Both the position numbers and the translations under genes were made by a program. The notes under the pieces were generated by a model, which saw only the letters and a program-made list of their open reading frames with translations, made no database searches and had not been told where the DNA came from. Below, one piece after another: positions 55,074 through 64,000 of a DNA stretch of 64,000 nucleotides. Source of the DNA: Schmidtea nova (Eukaryota); the NCBI GenBank assembly GCA_044892505.1, contig CM097883.1:159836001-159900000 (forward strand). Direction: 5' to 3'. The number at the start of each line of letters is the position of its first letter. Position 1 is the stretch's first letter.

Positions 55074-57372
55074 TGTGATAATTAATTATTATGTCTGTTT
55101 AAATAATGTAAAAAACGTGATCGCCGATTTTTTGAATGTTTTAATAAAGTTATCTTGTGCGTTTGACTACAAGCTATCGCGACTAAATTCATGGAAGTTA
55201 TTAAATAAATTGAAAAATTTGATGGAGCGGGTGACGTGACTATATGGTTCTCCCAAGTACGAACAATGGCTCTCATGCAAAAGATTGAGAACCTGGAGAT
55301 GTTTCTGCCGATAATGATGAAAGGAGACGCGTATGCGGCGTATCAACATCTCAGCGATGAAGTCAGAGGAAGTTTCATCAAGACCGAAGCAGCATTGAAG
55401 AGAGCCTTCTCTATGTCGATGTTTCTTGCCTTTGAGAAATTAAAGAATCGATCATGGAGCAACGAGCCTGTACATGTTTATCTGGCCGAACTAACACCTC
55501 TAGGTAATTATCTGGGGTCAATGATGCCGTTATTAAATGTTCGTTCGTAATTGGACTTCCAGCGCCAATATCACAGTCACTACAGGCTATTTCGAACATT
55601 GAAACAATGGCAATGGATGCGGTCGTACAGATAGCTCGAGCTATGTTGAGTAATGCAGTTTCACAGCAAAGTTGTAAGCTGGTAGTAAAAGGAAGAAGAA
55701 TTGCCAATCTTAATGACCAAATGTGTTCGTTTTGTGGAAAGAAAGGGCACAATGAAGATACATGTTTCCATAAAAACAAACGATGTTGGATATGTGGTGA
55801 TAAAGCCCACCTCGCGCGATTGTGCCCGAAGAAACAGACGGGAAATGCTATCGGAGTATCATGTGTGCCAGTGTTCACTCCGGAAAAGCAATAATGGCGC
55901 TGCAGACTGTCATTGTAACTGTCAACGGATGGACTTCCAAAGCTTTTATAGATTCAGGTTGTACCCAATCTATTATTTTGTCATCGTTGGACAGAGGTCC
56001 GTATGGGAAGAGCGAGAGTGTGCTGGTGGCTGATGGATCACTGGCCAAGAGTTTTGGAACCGTCGAGAATAACATTGTTATTAGAAAGACAAGTCTGCGA
56101 GTGGTTTGTCTGGTGATGGAAAACCTTCCAAGAGATTTTGGTGTAATTTTGGGAATGGATGTTATCGGAATTCTTGGCGGGGGGAATATGTCAATGCAAT
56201 GAGTATCGTTTCCTTTTGCCAGTGCCGTGGGGAAAAAGTCTGAGTTCTTGAGGGCAGACTAACGACATACCAAGTCTTTGGAAATTAGAGATGAAGACTT
56301 TCTAGCCAATTTCTTTTCCGGTAATTGGACAGTGAGCTGTAAATGGAAAAATCAACCTCATGAACTTGGTAATACATGTGCCAACTATGGAATTAGGCCA
56401 GAGCTACGCAATGGATTCGACTCGGAAATCACCGAATGGATTAGGAACAGTTGGTTAACGCCTTATGAAGGAAACTCTGATGGTATACTACAATTAATGG
56501 CAGTTCCTCAGTCTAACAAAGGAAAAATACGACCAGTGCTCGACTGTCGTGAACTGAATAAATATGTAATGAGCCACAGGAGCCAGAGTGAAGCTTGCGA
56601 CGAATCTTTACGGCGTTGGCGAAGATTCGGGGAGAAAGTCGAGATGCTCGATCTGAGGAAAGCCTAAATACATGTAAATCTCGATCTGTGGGTTTAAAGG
56701 AAAGTTTAAAGGAAAGTTATATGCTTTGACAAGATTGGGTTTCGGCCTCAATGTAGCACCGAAAATAAATGTCTGCCATAGTGCGAAGAGTGTTAGAATT
56801 ACGCAGACATTAAAGAGGTAACCGACAGTTATACTGACGATATCATTGTCAATGAGTCAAAAGTACAATTAGAAGAAGTTGTGCGTCATCTGGCAAGATA
56901 CGGGCTAGTAGTTAAAACTCCGGAAAAATTCGATACTTCTAAAGTTTTGGGATTACAGATCTCTAGATGCAAGGAAGGCAAATATTGGAGGAGAGGAAAC
57001 GTAATCAATGAGATGGGACCATATGAAGCGATGACGAGGAGGGAGCTGTTTTCCTTGTGCGGTCAGCTGGTCGGTCACTACCCGGTTGCTGGCTGGTTCC
57101 GAATTGCATATAGTTATGTTAAGCGCCAGAGTACCGGTTCAACGTGGGAAGATACAATTGGAGATTATGCTTCCATGATAATAGCTGAAATTATTGAACT
57201 CGTTAAGAAAGATGATCCAGTTTGTGGAGTTTGACATGTTTCACCGACAAAGGATGGAGTTGTATGGTGTAATACAAGTAATCTGGCTCTTGGAGTTTGT
57301 CTCGAAATCAACGGAGAGATCGTGGAGGATGCCGCTTGGCTGAGAAAGACAGACGACGCAGCGCGTATAAAC
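55074..57372 (+). mobile_element. Second, older and 3'-truncated copy of the compact Gypsy family
   Basis: 5' LTR 55074-55171 homologous to 9262-9361. gag/PR/RT/RNase H fragments with many stops and frameshifts. Homology to copy 1 ends at ~57372. Confidence 0.9.
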
Positions 57373-58072
57373 GGCTCCAAATGGAAAGCCGAATAATATC
57401 TGCAGTGATTCCCAAATTGAGTCAGCTGACCCAAGAGTTAATTCCGGTGAGGTTCAAAGAAGAGATCCTGAAACCTCCAGCTCCGGAGAAGCCTAAACGC
57501 TGGAAACCCAGTAAAGGGGTTAGAGTTCGAAGGAAGCGCCGACAGGAAGCGCGTTTATTAGGACAACTGCGAAAGTCAGTGACTGAGATAATCGACATTT
57601 CTCTCCTGTGATATTCGTCTTAAAAAATTTTGTTTTGTTATTGTTATCGATGTTAATGAATGTGTAGTTCATGTGATTTATATTAAATTTTCTGTGATTT
57701 CTGAATAATTTTCCCTTTATGGTTGGTATGATACGAACGAATAAATAAGTTAACGAGTTTCCCGTAAAGTCTAAAGGGTAAATTTTGATAATCGGGTAAA
57801 TCCATATAAACGAATAGATGATATTGTAAAATGGAGAAGGGACAAAATGGGCATTAAACCTTCTATCGGTAGCCCTTGGACCCAGGAGATATTCTTTCAA
57901 TCATAGTTTTGAATTTTCAACGCTCACTGATTGCGAATACCCATCCATTTGTTGTATTACCAACGTTACATTGTGACGGGCAACAAGATGGTTAATCTAA
58001 TGTTTTGTATGTTGAGTTCTTGATGTGAGCCATAGCAACGTCAAGGTCATATTGACGATCAACAACCCACCA
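57373..58072 (+). mobile_element. LTR 3' fragment of the second giant-type family: ORF-B homolog C-terminus plus U5 element
   Basis: Peptide LTQELIPVRFKEE...PKRWKPSKGVRVRRKRRQEARLLGQL (stop 57609-57611), then the ~230-nt element 57839-58072 ending CCACCA. Confidence 0.65.
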
Positions 58073-58582
58073 TTATGCATGTATATTCTTTCACTTGGTA
58101 CAGTATTAACGTTGCCAAGCAAAGGGTGCCAGCGAAGGGAAAAAGTTTTTATGCTGATGTAAGTGAGTCAGGCGATAAGCTAGAAAATATATAGTTAAAT
58201 AAAAGTCGACTCTCTACACAGACAATAGCTTTTGAATTCATGATACACTCCATTGCACTACAGTACCAAATATGTTAAATAATTTTTTAAGACATAAAAA
58301 TCACTTAATTCTAATATTTACTACTAATTTTAGAGGTCTTCAAATTTTAATTTTAAAAACTAAAATAAAAACTTAGATAAAAATTTAATGACTATTATAT
58401 AAAAAATAAATTTATAAAAATAATTATATAAAAATTTTCCATTATAAATTTCAATCTATTCTATATTCTATTCTTAAATATTGAAATTAACAAACCGATT
58501 TTGTTATTCCTAATAAAAAATAACCTTGAACAAGTTGTACTTTTCAGTTTATTAAACGAACGATTTTTAAATTAGAATAATA

Positions 58583-59334
58583 ATGGCGCACTCGAAAGAT
58601 TCAGTATTTCGACTTCCCCCTCAATGCTATCTCCATGTACTGGATACAAACACAAATATTACCAGATTAGAAGTAGGTCCTCAGACTTTTGTCAGAAAAG
58701 ACCACGAATGCGTTGTGGTCAATGCAACATCTATGATCAATATTCCTCCACAACATTATTGTGAGATTTTAAATCCTGTAGTCAAAGACGAAGAGGGCAA
58801 AGTTGTTTTTGATGCTCTTGGTTCTGTAAAGCTGAGATTTGGTGACTCGGAAATCAGGCTTCATCAGGAACCATTTCCATTTTATCCGGGGGAAATTATG
58901 AAAATCAACGTTACTCCATTGAAAATTGTTCAATCAAATTGTGCATTGAAATTGAAAGCGTTGATCAACATCGATGAAGAAGGAATTAAAAAAGTATCCG
59001 GAGATGAGTGGCTATTTGAAGGGCCAGGTTAATTTGCTATTATTATCCAGTTTTATTTATTTCAATTTTATTAATAAGTTGATTTGATATTGTTATCGTT
59101 GTTTTAGGTGTGTATATACCGGTTAAAGGGGTCCAAGTGGTAGAGGAAGTCCAAGCTTGTGTCATATTGATTAACCATGCATTGAGATTGAAAGCAACAA
59201 AAGAGTTTACTGACAGACGCAGTATAAATCGTGTTACCGGTGAGGAGTGGCTAATAAAAAAGGTCGGATCATATATACCTGATGTTTTTGAACACGTGGT
59301 CAAATATATTTCTGGATATGTTCTGACGGAAAAG
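58583..59334 (+). CDS. MVP: Host major vault protein, exons 1-2 (exon 1 58583-59027, intron 59028-59107, exon 2 59108-59334); the gene continues beyond the window
   Basis: FRLPPQCYLHVLDTNTNITRLEVGPQTF...GDEWLFEGPG|VYIP...VTGEEWL...VLTEK aligns with the MVP N-terminal repeats. GT-AG introns are in frame. No exon 3 recognised before 64000. Confidence 0.95.
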
Positions 59335-59616
59335 GTATATAGGATTTTTTAATTATATAATATTTTGTTTTATTACAAATGGAATTTTATTATTATATAT
59401 TGAAATAGTTTTTGAAAATGAATCACAAGAATTTTCTGATATCAATAAGTAATCGAATAATTATCCGGGGAAAGTGGGATAAATTGATTAAATGCGGGGG
59501 ATTGACACAGCGACATAACTACAGATTGTAGACGTACATCTAATATCTATTTTGAGACCTCCTTAACAACTGAATATATTCTGAACGAATGAAATGCGTT
59601 ATGAAAGGATTTGAGT

Positions 59617-59831
59617 CAGTGGCCCTTAACTATAAAGATAACGGGGCCCTCAAAACTTCTTTTTACTCTTAGTTTCTGGAGCTGGTTAATAAAAATCTAC
59701 ATCAAATTGAATACAAATGTTATAAAACAATGTTTAACTTAAACATTTAATATAATCGGCCTTTTTTTGGCCCCTTACAAACACGGGACCCCCGCGACCG
59801 CTTATTCCACTTACCGTATAATCCGCCACTG
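59617..59831. mobile_element. Probable hAT MITE in MVP intron 2
   Basis: Ends CAGTGGC.../...GCCACTG; flanks ATTTGAGT / ATTTCAGT (7/8 TSD). Confidence 0.6.
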
Positions 59832-60115
59832 ATTTCAGTAAGTTTAAATAATAAATATAAAGACAATACACGTGTTATACAAGGCTCTTCCTCTTCTACC
59901 CGGATGCGCTATGTTTAAAGCGAATTGTTTTTCATATCAGCCGCTCCAACCCGCCGTCAATTTATTAATTTCACTGGAATTTCATTGCATTTAACAAAAC
60001 TCTTACGGTACTTGTAGCATGTTTTATCGAGTAGAGGATAAAGGTGTCGGAAATTTAGGAAATGTCTGCCAAGTATTGTAATAGGAAAAAAATTATTCCA
60101 CTATTGCATGCTCTA

Positions 60116-61478
60116 CAGGATAAACCAATAAGTTTTGTCCGGTGAAACATGTATAAATTTCAAAACATCAAAAATGTTAATCATCTTTGTCAGAGAGATG
60201 TTCAAAATATGCACCATTATGAAGGACAAATCGGCGCCATCGATCAGACAGTTTCCTGATTCCATCGGCGAAGAAGCTGCGTGATTTACTGTCCAATTAA
60301 GCGTCCAGAACCACTTGAATTTCATCAACTCCGTTGAAATATCTTCCACGAATCGCAGATTTGAAAGGGGAAAACAAATAAAAATCGGATGGTGCGAGGT
60401 CTGGGGAGTAAGGGGGATGTGGCAGAACAGTAAAACCAATGTCAGTAAGTTTTTGCACAGATCTGGCTGCCGTATGGGGTCGTGCATTGTCGTGGAGATA
60501 GTGAATTTGATGAAACCCACCACCAAGAAGACGGCGTCGCTTTTGGTGTTTTGCCTACACCAGACGGGACAGCTGTTCGCAGTAAACATCGGCAGTGATT
60601 GTAGCACCCTGCGGCAGAATATCCATCATAATCACACCTTTACAGTCCCAAAAGACGGCCATGAGATGTTTCCTGGATGAGAGTGTGCGGCGAACTTCCA
60701 CATCAGGGGCATCACCTGCGCCTCTCCACGAACGGTGGTGATAGGTTTCGTCGCTGTTCCAATAGATCCAGACTTCGACCATTGTAATGAGCTGTCTGAG
60801 GAAGTCATTAGCAGCATACTTGCACAGCAGCTCGTTACATATTTTCTCACGGTTGGCCATTTGTTGCTCGGACAACTTATGTGGGACCCAGTGGTGGCAC
60901 AGGTAACGCATGCCCATTGCAAGCAGATGATTTTGAATTGTCTGCTGACAAACTCCAAGCTCCACGCTCATTTCCACAGTACTGTTGTGCTCCTCCAAAA
61001 GAGCTAGAATTTTGTCGTTGATATCAAGAGAGGGCCTCCTACATCGCTCTTTGTCTTCAACATCAAAGTTTCCTTCTTTGAAGTTTGCAACCCAGCGTCG
61101 ACAAGTGCGCTCATTTGTTGTGTTCTTCCCCAGTGTCAAATTTATTTCATTTGCAATCTGGGAAGGCACTAATCCACGTTTCCAATTGTAGTAGATTAAC
61201 TTGCGGATATCTTCTCGTGCGAAATTCATTTCAAATAGACGTATTCTAATGAAAACAAAAAGTATTTCAGTCAAACAAGAAATTTATTAAAAGTGCTTAA
61301 TTCATGTAAGACATATCAATGTTAATAGCAATATTAAAAATTATTAATAAGTGATTTTTTTAATTTTACAAATCTACAACATATATAGCATAGACACACA
61401 AAGTTGCAGACCTATACACTCATTAAAGCATTGGAAAGCTAAGTATGAGCACCGGACAAAACTTATTGGCTTATCCTG
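60116..61478 (-). mobile_element. Full-length mariner with nonsense mutations
   Basis: 29-bp TIR CAGGATAA(A/G)CCAATAAGTTTTGTCCGGTG, TA flanks; transposase with WVPHKL, HDNARPH, YSPDLAPSDF interrupted by TAG/TAA. Confidence 0.95.
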
Positions 61479-62388
61479 TATAATTTGACGAGTTTCGAGT
61501 CACCAATGATTAGAAAGTGATGGAACAAGCTTTAAAGACTGCTCAATGCAATTGAAGTTTAAAAAAATGTCGTTTTGGCTTTTTTAACTATTCAGATTAA
61601 TTGAGAAAGTTAAATTTTTATTAAATCGATTTTTACAAAGCAGTAGTGTGTAGAATATTTTATTATATGCGTGGCCTTGCAAAGCTGAGTTTCTGCAAGT
61701 GAACAGTGAACAAAGCACTAATTAATCCGGTTTGAAGAACTTTTTAGTGGCGCTTTTACAGTTTATCGATGTAATTCGACAATTTTGAATATAAGTTGCT
61801 ATTCTCCATCGTCCTGTGTCAATGAAGTGTTGAAGTGTGTGTCCAATTGCACAGCATACTCTGCACAGTCGTTAACAACACAAATGGCTAAAACAAGACA
61901 AGATTTACTACCAAGAGTACCCGAATCATTGATTACATTGAATTTTATTTTATCAATAAAGTTCCAGCGTTCTTTAAATCTACCGAAAATTGCGATCGGT
62001 AGATGGGACGATTTAAAGAAGAAACTAAAAACTGATGTTGAAACTATTTCGAGAATGTGATGATTGGAAGCTTTAAACAACAGACTCGCACCAAATGCCC
62101 TCTAGATTACTTTAATGGCACCTATTATGAATGTCAATGTTTGAAATATCCTGTAATAATCTGTAATTATCATTTCTACTAGATAATTTAGAGTTGACAA
62201 AATTTCTCAAACTATCATCCTGAAATGACAATGTGCATCATATCTACCAATCCTTCATCATTATCTGATAAAAGCTTCCCGTCAATAATGTGCAACCAAC
62301 AGAGTATTTTGCTAGAAGATTTCCATCTGGTGGTCTACGAACTACTTTCTGTGCTCAACAAATTAGGCTGGTTAACAGACTGATATTA

Positions 62389-63359
62389 TTAGGTTGGAAG
62401 GAAAGTTCTGTCGTATTTTTAATAGGCGTGGCTAATGAGTTTTCGGATTTTTATTTATTTAAAATTTTAATTTTATATAATAAATCAGGTTATTACTTGT
62501 TTTATTATATAAAATTAAACAAGACAAATTGAGGAAAAACTCAGAATTTCTCATACAGTTGCTGGAGATTACATTAAAGCTCTTGAGTTTGTCTTGAAGC
62601 AAGCCGTTTGGATCCCACACGATTTGAATGAAAAAACCTTGTCTCACCGTATAAGGATATGTTTATCACATCTTATTAGAAACAATGTGTTGCCATTTCT
62701 TGATAAACTGATTACTGGAGATGAAAAGTGGATTCTTTACAAGAATATCAAGAAGAGAAAAGTTTACTGCAAACCTGGAACATCACCAGCAACACCTGCA
62801 AAACTAGATATTCATCAAAAGAAAGTTCTGCTCTGCTTGTGGTGGGATAGAAAAGGACCAGCGTATTAGGAGTTGCTGAAGCAAGCACAAACTATCAATG
62901 GGAATGTGTACTGCAACCAGCTCGATAAACTAATTGCAGCTATCAAGGAAAAAAGGTCTGCATTGGCATCAGAAAAGGAATCTTGTTTCACCATGATAAT
63001 GCTAGACCACATGCTGCAATGGTGGCACAACAAAAACTTACTACGTTGGGATGGGAAGTTCTTAGTCATCCACAATATTCGCCTGACATTGCACCATCTG
63101 ACTATTGCCTGTTCAGGTCCCTGTAAAATTATCTAATGGGAACAAAGTTTAACTCTTTCGAAGGTGTTTCTAAGGCAGTGGCTAAGTATTTTCAGTCCAA
63201 GAACGAGAATTTTTATAGAAGCGGGATCGACCGACTGCCTGAAAAATGGCAACAAGTGGTTACAAATAATGGAAAAATTGAAAAAATTAAATATATATAT
63301 TTTTTAATTGACTCAAATGTTTTTATTGAAAATATGGCAGGACTTTCCTTCCAATCTAA
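62389..63359 (+). mobile_element. Internally deleted, decayed mariner
   Basis: TIR TTAG(G/A)TTGGAAGGAAAGT.CTG with TA flanks; WIPHDL, ITGDEKW, HHDNARPH, YSPDIAPSD in broken frames. Confidence 0.92.
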
Positions 63360-64000
63360 TATTTTGGTACAATAGAGACTGATGACAAACAATGGGTCGC
63401 ATAAGAAACATAGCTACAGGGTTTTTTTCAATAATGATTTAAAACTTTAGAGTGTGCCTTTGAAATGTTCAGTCTATTTCGGTAATAATTTGTAAATTGT
63501 TATTCACCAACAACAGTGCCATTGTCAACCCAGTCGTCACATATCATTTCTGAAAAGGCATTGATTCATTGTCATCATTTTTATCGCCATCATTCAAAGT
63601 GACTGTAGATGCAGCCATTTCGGATGCTTTCTCTTTATGGGTCAATTCACTTACTTTCCTTTACCATTTTTGTTCTTCTCACGCTTTGAAATCTAGGCCT
63701 TTCTTTCTCATCGTTATCTAATCACTTATCTGATTTTTAAGGAATGTCTAGTTTTCTATCTTGATCATTTCCCGACGATCTGTGTGCGCCACTTCAAACA
63801 AGTTATTTGATAAGTTTGCGAAGTCTTGTTCCAAATGCTGTTGTCTGTCAGTCCTTTTTCACTTGTTTTTAGAGTGAAATTTTGCTATAGAGCTCTTTAA
63901 GGTTTTTTACTACATTATACTGCAACTAAATGAATTGTCATCAACATTTTGGGTTAATGTGAAAATTCTGAAGCTCCATGTGCCATAAATATTTCAAAAC

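Noticed and set aside
61785-62060. Transposase fragment (MULE-like) or MVP exon
   Set aside because: Does not match the expected MVP continuation; similarity too weak to name.
63580-63900. Decayed minus-strand transposon-like peptide (LFEVAHTD...IKIE)
   Set aside because: Multiple stops; family cannot be assigned by eye.

Overview
AT-rich eukaryotic DNA, about 90% transposable elements. The composition and element types suggest a planarian (triclad flatworm); this is inference. The dominant feature is a recently inserted 29.4-kb Ty3/Gypsy LTR retroelement on the minus strand (20647-50028). It has 3.24-kb near-identical LTRs, a 4-bp TSD (AGTG) and a tRNA-Pro-like PBS, and it splits a mariner transposase. 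It resembles the giant planarian 'Burro' elements, recalled from the S. mediterranea genome literature and not verified here. Its 4763-aa polyprotein contains, in order: zinc knuckles, ubiquitin-like domains, a Bcl-2-like domain, a chuvirus/gB-type (class III) envelope glycoprotein upstream of the protease, PR-RT-RNaseH-IN, ankyrin repeats, FN3-like repeats and a C-terminal TM helix. Separate cargo ORFs encode an IAP-type RING protein, a full TRAF, two coiled-coil proteins and a small membrane protein. Each LTR holds two more ORFs. One of these, a coiled-coil/Arg-rich protein, is conserved together with a ~230-nt U5 element in fragments of a divergent LTR family elsewhere in the window. The leader carries six bulged-A hairpins and a 15x19-bp array. 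The rest of the window holds a near-intact Buster-type hAT, two hAT MITEs, four mariners, a piggyBac relic, two copies of a compact Gypsy with ~100-bp LTRs, another Gypsy relic, a Penelope element with hammerhead-like motifs, a 168-N gap, and the first two exons of the host major vault protein gene.
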